Positions 52,001 to 64,000 of a DNA stretch of 64,000 nucleotides are shown here, in pieces. The notes under the pieces are model-generated. The model was not told the DNA's origin. It saw only the letters and a program-made list of their open reading frames with translations, and did not search any database. The first letter of the stretch is position 1; each line of letters starts with the position of its first letter. Source of the DNA: Tubulanus polymorphus (Eukaryota; Animalia; Nemertea); contig NC_134025.1 in the NCBI RefSeq assembly GCF_964204645.1, forward strand, positions 20,497,101-20,561,100, given 5' to 3'. Position numbers and translations under genes: made by a program.

Positions 52001-54980
52001 CGGATTCATGGCCCACGAGAAACATACGACCGTTGCCGATGTCGCCAGAGGAGGTAATTACCATCATTGAGTCTGTTTTTGCCTTGTCATGCTAGCGCTA
52101 AGCGACCTTTCAGACTTTGCTATGTCTGTGTAGATTGTATGTTTTTACTTTTCTATGCAAATGAACTTTGAAATGATTGAATTAAATCTCATAACATCTA
52201 GCCTGCCCTATAAAAATGAGTATTTAGAGAAATTGTACGGAAGGATTTGAGTTAAGGCATTAGGATAAGTTTCTTAGTCCACTCGGTCGATGATTTTCTA
52301 TTCGTCATTCTGGAAGAATAGTGGCTGCTATTTTAGGTTGAATTCGAAACGTGGTTGATATTTTCGTATTCAATCAATTCATAACTTAAAACCTGGAAGC
52401 TCTCAGCAACAAGGACTTATCTATTGAATTTATGATATTGCTATTTGATATTCAATACGTCTGGAACAATTTCTTATCTTTATTGCTAATACCAGGAATC
52501 AATGTTGGGCAATAAAAGTTAGCATATTAAAAGTCTCATAAAATTAGGTTGTTACGTTATCTTTATCACATTAGAAAGCTATAAATGATAATATTTTAGA
52601 AAAATTGATGCAATGACTGGCGCATAATAAAACAGGAATATTTAACGTTCTGTCCCGATAAAATCTGTTTCGATGAACTGAATGTGTTTAGATATCTGGA
52701 GAATAATACAAATTCTAATCGAAGTCAACAATGCCTGCGCAATAGACGATTACGATAAAAAGACAGTATCTCATAGTTATTTTTAAAAAGATAGTTAAGT
52801 TCATTCTTCGGTCGAGTTCAAAACCAATTTACATCTGTACAATTTTTCTTCACTTACAATTAATTTTCCAATCTACAGTTTTTCATTAATTTCACGCAAA
52901 CCTATAATCGTATAACCGTAACAGTAAGTCAAAACAAAAACATTAAAAAAGAATAGGTGAAAATGCCGTATAAAAATGACATATCTCCTTAGAAGTTGAA
53001 CATATTAAGCATAAAATTCTTATTATAGAAATTATCGTAATGAAATGATATCTTTCTTTGTCAGGACCTGGTTTAGCCTTCATCGTTTACCCAGAAGCTG
53101 TTGCTAAAATGCCTCTATTTCCACCATTGTGGGCGATGCTATTCTTCATCATGATGGTCATGCTCGGATTCAGTTCACTGGTATCAATAACTTTATACGC
53201 TTGAATCCTTTCCATTGTCACCTGCAAATGCTAAATATTTGGAGAAACCTTCAAACCATTTAATCCTATCGATATTTGCCCTCTTGAATGAATTGTATAA
53301 GGTATAATTGTGTAATTGTATTGGGGGTCACGATTGTGTTATATTTCTCGAACTTTCTTTTCTATAGTTTTCTATGATGGAAACGGTGATCAGCGCGATT
53401 TCTGATGAATACAAGAGAACGCTAAGAACGACGACGAAAAGGACAATTATATTCAGAGCCGCTATTTGCACTTTAGCATTTTTACTCGGTTTGCCAATGT
53501 GTTTAGAGGTGAGTAACAGGGATAAAATATTGTGGCAGTTTATCGTCGTTTTTATGATGACTGTGTTATTGTACACGGACTTAATGAAATCAGTAACTGA
53601 AATCGTAAATTGTAAATGTAACTGGAGTAATTATGACTGTATAACTGTTAATTCATTTTGTATCCTGTGCTCGAAAAAATGTCTAATATCTGGAGCAATA
53701 GATTTAAATCTGAATCTGAATTTGTATCATTGATCGTTTACTTTCATCATAGAAATTCGGACATAGTAACGAACTCAGATAAAAACAATGAATATAACAA
53801 GACCACGCGACATTCAGTTGTACATAGCAGTTGCATTATGCGTTTCAACTTATCGAATTTATTTTCTAGAATGGAATGTACCTTTTGAATTTGATTGACA
53901 ATTTTGTCGGTGGTTTTCCGCTGCTGATCGTCGGATTTCTGGAATGCATCGCGATAAATCATATATATGGTGAGTTTGTAATTCAAATAATGCAGTTTAC
54001 ACAGTTTAATACTCGATTAAATCGTCAATAGCGATGACGTTATCCATCGATAACAATGAATTGTAAATTGTAGAATTGAATCGATTCGGAATGTATTCTA
54101 TCGTTTCTTAAATTTAGGATACAAACGTTTCGCTGCTGATATTCGGTTGATGTTAGGCCGAGAACCGGGTGAATACTTCAGGGCCACCTTGTGTGTTGTT
54201 TCGCCTCTAGTCATGATTGTAAGTATCGTAATGGCCTAAATCCAGCAATCCAGCTCATCATCATGCATCGTATTATATATATTCTTTCATTTTATTCTCG
54301 TGTAAATCCCACCATTGCCTTTTTGGAAAATGATTGTATCGAATTAAGGCGTGATTGGAGAGTGCATAATGGGCATTAGGACGAGCAATTCTATCATTCT
54401 CTCATCTTAAAATCCGATGGTTTCCTAGTTCTGGTTCATCCTTTAATACATGACTTTCATCTGACGTGTTGATTCAAGTATCTTTTTTATATAATTAGTT
54501 TAAATTGCTTTCTAGGGTACGATCGTATTCAAATCATGGAATTATCAACGTCTGACGTATAATCACTACGTTTACCCCGATTGGGCAGAGGCTCTCGGAT
54601 GGGTGACTGCCGCCATTCCTATCAGTGTTATTTTCATTTGGATGTTGGTACAATACTGCAGGTCATACGGCTATCAGGTAATTCAGATTATTCAAAGTTC
54701 CTTTCCATCCAGCACGAAATAATTTCATTATATGAATACGGCTTGCTTAAATTGATTTACATTAAGGTAAATGTATATGAACATTTCTGTAATGCTTCAG
54801 GCTTGCATTAAGGCAAACAGACCGTCTTCAAGCTGGGGTCCAGCGATGGCCGAACACAGATCTGACACGATTTACGAGGAAGATAGGCAAATGGAAACTC
54901 GAAGTTCCGTCTGCAAAGAAACAGAAGCTAAAAACGGTGATCTTGGACACACAAACCAGTCGTTTAGTATTGACTTATAG
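46080..54980 (+). CDS. SLC6 Na+/Cl- symporter, amino-acid (GlyT/PROT/ATB0,+-like) branch, ~675 aa
   Basis: 15 phase-consistent exons: 46080-46130, 46443-46629 ([27 protein letters not shown]), 46750-46881, 47004-47186, 47272-47449, 47536-47668, 50501-50635, 51152-51255, 51929-52053, 53065-53180 ([12 protein letters not shown]), 53368-53508, 53870-53969, 54118-54218, 54516-54677, 54801-54980. Confidence 0.93.
48300..50080 (+). mobile_element. Degenerate LINE reverse transcriptase in SLC6 intron 6
   Basis: Broken ORFs with [33 protein letters not shown] and LYADD (~49193); multiple stops and frameshifts. Confidence 0.88.
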
Positions 54981-56714
54981 GCGTCAAGGAAGAATGCACT
55001 ATCGGGTATATTATGATTCTTTCAGTTATTTGTACTGTTTACGGACGAATGACGTGGGTTATAGTTTGATACTATTTCAATTCGTATGAGAACTATCTGC
55101 TTAATCTCACAAAGCTTGCTGTATTCAAATGTTGCTGAAGAAATACAATATTTGCTCTTGCATTGTCTAAACGTCTACCGCGGAGTTTAATTGGAAATAG
55201 ACAATATAAAGCGAATTAACTGAAAACACGCTTTTGAGAGTTCTCTCTTTAGAATAACTGAATAATCTGTTTTCGTAGGATGCACATCTATGTATTAGTG
55301 TTTGTAGGTTTGACACGTTACGCTCGTTTTCTATAAACTACGCGCACGTGACAAATTGTTGAAATAAAGTTCGTGTTGGTAGGCAAAATTGACATCGATT
55401 GAGAAATGGATGAAATTTATTGTGAATAAACAATGAAACTAAGTTGTTTAACGAATAAGTAAACGTTTTATCGTCAGACCGATTTGGTCGATGTTATTTG
55501 TCGTTCGAGGTTTTTCCGTCGCCTTTTTTCGGAGATAATTTCGCACTTTATTCTGCGGATTGAGTATGTGTATTCATCAAATAAGAGGAGGATGCGATTA
55601 AACAACATGTATACTTAACTAGCGAAAGGAAACCACGCGTGTTTTTTAGCCTATGATTTCGAATGATCATTTGGCCGTTTAGTAGGATCATTGTAAAAGT
55701 TTTAGATGTCACGTGATGTGCCATGCCTGTAGAGACCATGTAGGCTCTCTGCATGACCTTTGCCGAAAAGACGGGCATTTCACACTGAAACCGAAGAAAT
55801 AAATGAAGGGAGGGTTTAGGGAGAGAGGAGTTTAATCAGTTTAGCTTTGGAGAGAGTATCGAAGAAGGGGAGAAGTTGTACAGAATGAATGCTGGACTCA
55901 TAGCGAAGAAAGTGTACTGGTTAATGTCTCTGAGAAGATTTCATACCAGAAGGGACGGAGCCACGGAGTTAAAACATCAACACCCGAAACGCAACACCAC
56001 AAAACACCAAAGCAACACTTCCAACTTAACCTTATTGGATCAGGATATATTATAATAATATCAAATTTTTATAATATTACTCATTCATAAATTCAATGCA
56101 ACAATGCGCGCTGATGAAGTTATAAACATTGATATCGTCTTACCGATAATTTAACTTGAATAATTGCTCATTTCCTTAAAAAAATCGCAATTCTAACAAA
56201 TTTTAATCACATTTTTCGATTTCTCAGGATCAATAGACATCTATATGTGGTCGTAAGGTGGTCGATATGTCGTCGCTTTTTACCGTTTTCGATTATCTTT
56301 ATCAGTTTCTAAGTAAATTGCGAGTCAAACTTCCAAAAAACGTTTTTCTTGGGTCCCCTCCATGCATATTTATATCCGGAAATTTTTTCTTTCACTTTTG
56401 TCCAGTGTTGTTGGGTAAATTTTTCCTCTTTTTCAAAGACTATTTGTGATGCGTGTTTTATCATATTTCATCAGACCCTGGATAGATTTTGAGAGTTTTC
56501 GCAACATCCAAACCGTGTGAATCTCTAGTTTTCATTTATGCAAAAATCATTTCTCAAATTTGCAAATAGTGCGACATGAGAGCGATTTAAAAATCGGTGG
56601 TCAGTTTTTTTCCGCGCGCATAAAAATCCAGGGTACTGAACTTTGAAGTTCGTTATTTGCAGAAATAATTTTCTTAAGAATTCTCTTAAAGTTTTCTTCG
56701 TTTTCATCATATCC

Positions 56715-56852
56715 TTCAGCTTATTGGATCAGTTGCCGGGAATTCAAGTTTTGTTTCCGTGTCAAACTGTTGAAAATATATGCTAAACATGATCATTTAA
56801 TTTACTACCATGGAATCTTAACAGCATTCAACACTGAATAACTCTCGAGCAA
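56715..56852 (-). pseudogene. Fragment of the astacin-gene 3' flank/UTR
   Basis: Matches 32611-32750 and 63510-63626 (CTTCAG.TTATTG.ATCAGTTGC.GG.A...TGTTGAAAATATA...ATCTTAACAG). Confidence 0.75.
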
Positions 56853-56859
56853 TACGGGA

Positions 56860-57590
56860 TATCGACACATTCAAGTTCTTGAATTTCTCGTTGAAATGAA
56901 AACTTTATAAATACCGGAGTACCGCAAGGTTCAATTCTCGGGCCTCTACTCTTTATAATGTATACGTAGATTACACAATCTTCGAAATCCTCATCCACTG
57001 GTTATACCTTGGTCGTCGGTAAATTTATGTCATCCCCTAATGCTAAGCTAGCCGGTACCTGGAACCATATTGATGATAGTATAAGAAATCTGCCAAATTT
57101 TTGTCATTTCAAAAGTTAAATCTCAGTTAATGTAACGGCAAACATATACTCAGTTCAACCACACTCTGAGTTCTAAATCGTAAAGAAGAAATCTGTCTTA
57201 ATCGACTGCGTGTGGACTTCCTTTTAAAAAGTCAACTTCTTTCTCATAACTTTCTAGTCAACAATCCATATTGTAATCACTGCCGCAAACGCCTCGATAC
57301 TACCCATTTCTTTATCACCAGCCTGACCAGCGTATTGCTATCAACGACCTCCTTAATGAACTGGACATAATCAAAATATTACTGTACTACAACGGTTTAT
57401 CATATGCTAACAAATAAAAAATTTCTACTATATGGTTATACTGAAGAGTTCACATCATTTACTAACAGTCAAATTATAGCTATAACCGCAAAATTTATTC
57501 TAGAAAAGTACGAGAAACATGTTATTCTTCAACTCTTAATTACGTATGACTACTTTTACTTTATTTTGTTTGTTGTTTATGCCATCTATT
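56860..57590 (+). mobile_element. Highly decayed LINE fragment
   Basis: TGVPQGSILGPLLFIMY is readable at ~56913-56963; boundaries are approximate. Confidence 0.55.
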
Positions 57591-57688
57591 AACACAATGT
57601 ATTAACATGTTTAATCTTGCCCAAAATGTAGACTTGTCGCCTGTCCAATTCCAAGTGGTGAAATGTTCTGGTATGGATTCTCCACCTA

Positions 57689-58327
57689 TGTTATGGTCCG
57701 TATATCTTCCAGTGCTGTGAATCCGGATTGGGTGTCCAGCTAGCGTCGTGGTAATAATTCCTCTTAATGATGTTGCGAGGACACTCTCTTAGATCAGATC
57801 TCCGTCCTTGGTCTTGACTTCTTACACGGCTCCCAGATATAACTTAACAATTTCTAAAGTTATCTTTCGTTTATTTCCTCTTACTAGATGTATACAGATC
57901 ATTCCCCGGAGCTCTCTCTAAAACCTCTTCTCTCCAGCCTACATCTAAAGCTTTCTTAAACCATTTTATATTATTTTATCTTTAGTAACGTGTGCAGGCC
58001 CTCTTCCACACATGGCTTGGAATTCATGGATTGTGACGTATTCATAAGTCACAACATTCCTCCCATCCATGTATGGGTGATGACGTATCTGCACACGTCA
58101 CAATTATCTATAAATATCCCTTTGCACTCATCAGAGTCCATGGCCGCACCATATTAGGTTTACCTACGCAGACACATACGTCAGTTCCAGACTTGTTTAT
58201 TTATATAACTTCTATTTATGTTTATGTATGACGTACGCATCAACGCAGGTTGTCTGGCAATAACAACACTGGCCATGAACTCCAGCTTCCGTAAATTTAT
58301 CTAAACTACTAAACTATCTCCACAACA
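57689..58327 (-). mobile_element. LTR-like element, related to 59510-60225 and 61071-61563
   Basis: TGTT...AACA termini; ~330 bp shared with 61210-61505 (AGTAACGTGTGCA..CCACACATGGCTTGGAATTCA.GGATTGTGACGTATT...CACTGGCCATGAACT). No TSD seen. Confidence 0.6.
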
Positions 58328-59230
58328 GAAAATCCTCGATTCTGATGCAGTGATGAGGTTTAAAGAACTGGATTTTGTGAATAACTGCACTAGTGAGGGT
58401 TCAATTTGAATTGCGACTGGATTTAGGCCCACAGTCTGATTCGAGTTAATTTAGAGATATCGGTGTTATTCTGTTGTCACACAATTTGTAATGTCATACA
58501 ATACGTATGTCACTTGTCAGGCAGTCTGTATATTGAATAAGATTTTTTACTTGAAGTGGGCAATAAATATAGAATAGCAGTGAAAAAGAATTGGTTGTGA
58601 TGGATTTTATTCTCAATTTCTAGCAAAAATCATGTTTGGTCCATGAGGAGAGGACAATATTGCGAATATCCAGTTGATAGATCTGAATTGCTGGTTTTAC
58701 CCAAGTCTGTCTCAACTCACTGCCTGTATCGAGAATATAAGTAGAGATGTTGCGGTGGATCCAAATATCTGATCTCACAAAACACTGACAAGGAGTTCAA
58801 CTATCGTAAACTTTATTCAGACTAGTCATTTTCACATCATCATAAACATAACTATTCACTGAATATATTTCACATACGGTTGATAAAGAAAGTATGCCCC
58901 CCTTCGCCAAGTTCCTTCAGAAAGACTATACAGCTGAGCCCTTTTTCTTACCTACAAAATGAATAAGTATCAATTCAGTAGTGGCTGTATGAATTCGAGT
59001 AAATATCAGCGGATTAATTCGATACTTACAGCAATTAATTCGGTCTTTAAATTTCCTTTTGTTTGTTGATTACATTTATAATTCCTAGATTATCAGCTGA
59101 TTTACTGTTCGATCATTCCAGTGCGATTTTGATATTATTCCTAGTTTCGCTTATTCGATGAGACGCCATTTTAACCCGGTAAAATCTTTTTCTTATAATG
59201 TCAATAAACTAATATTATATTTAAAAAAAA

Positions 59231-61070
59231 ATGCTGACCAGTCCGGGACTAGTAAAACTGTCAAAAAGGAATACGATTAACCCCCATAATTAGTGAATAC
59301 AAAACGGATGAATTAAATTGCCGAATGAACGATTCAAATTGCCTGGTCAGTTTAAAGATCAATTTGAGGTATGCACGAAAAAGGACATTAAGCAAGACAT
59401 CACCAAAACACATGGCTCTGAAAATAGTTTTCAGCGCGATTACATCAACCTTCGTCCAGTGCATAGACATCAATTGTTTCAACGGTTAAGTTCTCGGCGA
59501 GACACATTCTGTTATGGTTTTGACTTGGGTTCTCCACTAGTGTAATGATTGTTGGGTTGACCCCGCGTTGTGGGTGTTGGTGCGGGGAGAATGTCCACCT
59601 GTGTTGTATTGTTCGAGTAATATCCCCGGTGGTTGTATCAGAGTTGATATTCTGGTTCCGTCGTAGAGCGTGTTCCATCACTTCGATTCCTTATCAAGTG
59701 ACAATGACTACAAACGTTTAGTCTATCCTTCCATGATTTATTCCGTTGTAGCTTCTTCATAGAATCTTCATTCAAATTATGCCATAGCCCACAGCCACTT
59801 ATCTTTATAGCTCCATCTTAAATTAAGTTTTACCACACTACTTACTATACTGAAACCCACCCTTTTTATACTCTTTTAACTCTCGTGACGTATACTTCTA
59901 CACTGCCTGGCATCATAGCCTGTGACGTATTATCTTGTCACAACATTCCACCGGGCTAAGTAAAACGTTTCTACGTGTGTTATACGCCACGAGCACTAAA
60001 TTTAATACTTGAATTAACAAGAGCTCAAGGCTGCTGCTATATCGCGCTTCTCCACGTAGATACCTACGTCACTCCCACCTCCCTGCTCTCACCTATCTTC
60101 TATTTCGATGTGTGACGTAAGCATTCACGTAGGTTGCTTAAACCAGGGAGGTGGGAAACGCAACCACTGCCTTGAACTCCGGTTTCCTTTCCCGTTATCT
60201 GAACAACTAATATATCACCCCAATAATTCCTCCTGCCCGCAATCCAACAACATTGTGGTTCACTGACACAGCAGCTAAGCACATTTCTGAAATTTCACAT
60301 TTTTGGTTTGTTTTGTTATACGCATTGAAGTAAAGTAATATAACACCAATATAAATGAAACTTCAGGTCCTAGTTCCACAGTTGGGTCTTTGATTTTGAT
60401 TTCATAACTAAAATAAGTTCATTTTATAGAGACCCTACCATAAAACATGCCTGTTTCCTAAAAACCCCTGCCTACTACTGTGAGAGTTGGATTCTTATGT
60501 TAAACATGACCGTGAAAGAACCCAATAGGTGATTTACTGGTTTAATATGTATTCAAGTGGCCGCAATGGAGCCTAATTCGTTAACAAATTGTAATTGGCA
60601 TCTGCAGTTCAAGTTCCATGTTGTGGGATGAAGTATGACATATCGAAACAGAATCAGTTCCGCAGTTGATTAAAATTCAAAACTAAAAATTCTAATCCTT
60701 ATTTCAGTTTTAAATCAAGATCTAACCGCACAAAAGTGGAATTGTGTTCAATTTACTCGTAATTTGTCAGTCCTATCGGCGAATTCACCATCGAGATGCG
60801 ATGACTTATCCTCAAGAAGAGTAAACCAAGTTGGCCAGCCAACATCTTCGAAACATCCAATCTTCACAAAGGATTCCCCTATATCGGTAGAAATAGAGAA
60901 AAGATGCGAAGACAAACAAAACAGAAATCTACCCGCATCATTGACTAGGACAATTGATTAGACATTAAAATTAGTCGCGCTGAATTACCGATGTTGGACA
61001 TTCTACTAGTTGGCATGGTAGATGTCCAGAACCGTCTCCTGGACACGTTGGTCCTCCATTGATATGCACT
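59231..61070 (-). pseudogene. Astacin paralog relic (TSP1 and WSC-like exons with introns)
   Basis: Collinear with 33138-34300, including introns. The WSC-b exon has a deletion and an insertion; the TSP1 exons are truncated. Confidence 0.9.
59510..60225 (-). mobile_element. Solo-LTR-like insertion with a 4-bp TSD
   Basis: Interrupts GACACATTC|CTCCTGCC of the intact gene. ATTC is duplicated at 59506-59509 and 60226-60229. Starts TGTT, ends AATA (degenerate CA). Confidence 0.75.
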
Positions 61071-61563
61071 TGATAGAAAAACAACGCTAGAAGAATCTTC
61101 TCCAGTGAATGATATGCTTTTTTTATATCTTTGTGTTCTCGCTCCCCGGCTGTTCTCTTTCCAGTTTGTCTTTCGATGTCTCCCGGAGTCTCTTTTTATA
61201 TTGTTTAACTCTTCAGTAACGTGTGCATGCCCTTTACCACACATGGCTTGGAATTCACGGATTGTGACGTATTTATGTATCACAACATTCCCCCAACCCA
61301 TGTATGGAGTGTTGACGTACCTACACACGTCACAATAACCTTAAAATATCTTTTGCACCCGTTTGCACTGGCCGTGCTATATCTAGGTTTTCCTACGTGG
61401 ACACATACGTCACATTCAGACGTGTTTATTTACATTAATTCTATTTATTGTTTTTGTATGATATACACATCAACGCAGGTTAATAGCAACACTGGCCATG
61501 AACTTCCATACATTATTATTTTCCTAATATCCCCCTGGACCTAATATTTTCGCCCCGAAAATC
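61071..61563 (-). mobile_element. LTR-like element truncating the relic TSP1 exon
   Basis: TGAT...ATCA termini; homologous to 57689-58327; begins exactly where astacin homology stops. Confidence 0.6.
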
Positions 61564-61899
61564 AAGATGAGACAAACAGAACTCAGAGAACAACAATCGC
61601 GACGATTGTACAATGAAATACGAATAAATTGAATACTATAAACTACATCTTTTTATCGGGTCATGGGTATATTTAAAAAGTTTATACAGTATTTTGGTTG
61701 AAATATCGCTTAAACCAAATGACGAAAATGTACATTAAAATTTCCATCTGAAATGTATTGAGTTTTAGACATAATTTCCTAAAAGCTTATCGTTTGAATA
61801 TACACATATATTCTAGATTCTGGCGCTTTTAGTCAGCTGACAGCATTGTTAGTTCATTGCCTAACTGACATTGTTATGATAATGGACGTTTAGACTAGA

Positions 61900-62653
61900 A
61901 TATCTAGTTTATATAAGCGTCCATATCATATCATGGCTAACGCCACTTCACCGCAGATGGGGTATTTGTGCCGGGCATCCGTAATCGAGATCTGCTACAT
62001 CAACGTGGCTGTCGTTGTTAAGTTAATGATAGAATCAACGACCTCCTGTTTGATAGCAGCTATGTTTCCAACAACCGGTCAGATGTGATCTCTATGATAG
62101 TTGTAGCAGAAGAACTAGTCATTTGTGTCTATTTTCCTTTCATAGTTCAGCGTGTTTGTACCGTAAAATATTCTCGTATTGCTGTAACGGGCATATCCGT
62201 ATTCGTGGTGGTTTTGATAACTCTAAAAAATTCATTCAGGCCAGTTTTTTACCTGAAAGCTAAGGATTGCGTAGGTCCAGCCGCCACAATACGACAGAAC
62301 TACTTTACAGTTCGCTTTATGTATATGTATCTTTTATCACAATTGTCGTTTGCAACAGCGCTATAGCGGTTAAATCTGCCAACTCCGTGGATTTGACAAG
62401 ACATCCGAGAAAAGACGGTTGCACAGTTACAGAGTTGCTGTAATGATGGCTATTTTGACCACATCTTTCCTGGCATTGTGGTTCCCACATTGGTTAGTAC
62501 TGATTCTCGAAGTCAGTTCGGATATCCGTACCTTGATTCTCGATGAGATTTTAGTGTAATGTGAGTAATTATTCGATCAGTTTCATCCTATATATTGCTT
62601 CAGGAACTGAATTCCGTAAAGAAATTCGAACACTGTTTCGGTGTACGAAATAG
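61900..62653 (+). pseudogene. Class A GPCR pseudogene (FMRFamide-receptor-like/chemosensory type)
   Basis: Fragments VICVYFPFIVQRVCTVKYSRIAV (TM3-ICL2), VAVMMAILTTSFLALWFPHW (TM6) and NYSISFILYIASGTEFRKEIRTLF (TM7-helix 8), separated by stops and frameshifts. Confidence 0.72.
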
Positions 62654-63654
62654 ACTTGTTTACAACTGCTGCGTCACCAATGAATCTCGTCAAAGGAAAT
62701 GTTAGTTAAAAATCATTGTAAATATTTAAAGATGTTAAATGTAACTTGACAATTCTAAGCCAAACTCTTCCTTCCGTATATATCTCCACAAATATCTATT
62801 CAAAGACTGAAAGTATGGAAGTATCGGCGGAAATATCAGGCGAAAAAGTTTGTGAAGTATTCCATGAAGTATTTCATGAAAATCTTTATGAGAGAACAAT
62901 TTCAAAATGTAAAACTAAGTTAAGAAGTTATTTTATGAACCACCAGAATGCTTTCGAAGTAGTGGCAGGGCCGTATCTATCGTATTTTTAAACATTTGAA
63001 TTTATAACCTAGATTTATGGTGGCTGATTCGGGCGACATTAATTTAAGAAAAAATATATATGACGCTCGATCTCGATCAAATTCTTCATGCATTCTACAC
63101 CTTTTGTTTTGATCTTAAAATAGGGATCGCCCCTTTCGTTTTAATGCTACGTCAAAACCAGTTTTTTGTTTTAACGCGTGCACGCACGTTTGCACGCCCA
63201 GATTGAGTCAGTTCCAAAATCAAGAACGGCCCTGGATCGGTCTTTAAGGTGGCTCATTATTGGAACGTTCTACGATGAAGCGGACCAATTCGGAACGGAC
63301 TGTTCGCTGGTGTTGAACGCTTTGTCGGTTCCAATTTAGTTCCGTTCCTTTCTAAATATCGTAGTGTGATCTCGGCTCTAGCGTGACTAGATGATAATGA
63401 CAGGCTTTCATGGGAAACACAAAAAGACGAATGTAAGACGTAATAACCATTTTATGATTAGAGACGGATAATTATTGATAAGCTAGATAAATATCAAATC
63501 ATTTTCAAACTTCAGCTTATTGGATCAGTTGCTGGAAATTATAGTTTGGTTTCCGCGTCGAACTGTTGAAAATATAACTACCATGGTATCTTAACAGAAT
63601 TTAACACTGAATAACTCTCGAGCAATTGACTCTAGGCGTGTATCGGTAATTCGA

Positions 63655-64000
63655 TCAACAGAGAAGGGGATCGGTTGCTTCGCCTGGACACTGAGCTCCA
63701 CCATTGGATGGTGGGGGATTATTGCACTCTCGTGATCTGTACTTGATACCAGAAGTACATGTGCTCCACTCACTCCAACTTCCCCATACCCCGTTAACTG
63801 AAACAGAAAATGACACAAGCATCGAGTCATCGCATGTTTCAATGCTGATGCATTATATTTGATACCTGGTGAATGCAAATACAACAGAAATTATTTTGCT
63901 ACTTACTAGGACACAAATCAGTTGAGCATGATTCACTTTCTGTTTCAGATCCACCGCAAAGAGTTGGATCGACAAATGCCAAATCTTTTGGATCCCAGCA
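63655..64000 (-). CDS. Last two TSP1 exons of an apparently intact astacin paralog (continues beyond the window)
   Basis: 63797-63655 has the same length and stop as 32901-32759; 64000-63907 matches 33075-32982. Splice sites are intact and changes are mostly silent or conservative. Confidence 0.82.

Overview
AT-rich, intron-containing animal DNA, not prokaryotic. Repeat types and GPCR style suggest a marine invertebrate, probably a lophotrochozoan (inference). Genes were rebuilt by hand from splice sites and reading phase: (1) a poorly resolved minus-strand multi-exon gene (~0.3-13.4 kb), head-to-head with (2) an 11-exon consortin (CNST)-like gene carrying a clear U12-type intron; (3) a 2-exon membrane-anchored condensation-domain/alcohol-acetyltransferase-fold acyltransferase (HHxxxDG); (4) a small secreted PAN/apple protein tail-to-tail with it; (5) a ~940-aa secreted astacin metalloprotease with an unusual signal-CTLD-long prodomain-astacin-FN2-FN2-TSP1-WSC-like-TSP1-TSP1 layout, plus decayed duplicates and an apparently intact paralog running off the window end; (6) a 15-exon SLC6 amino-acid-type transporter with atypical pocket residues; (7) a class A GPCR pseudogene. 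The rest is foldback/MITE elements, two Helentron-type non-autonomous elements with tandem arrays, LINE remnants, LTR-like pieces and (TA)n tracts. No CRISPR, rRNA or convincing tRNA gene. All identifications come from motif recognition, without database searches.
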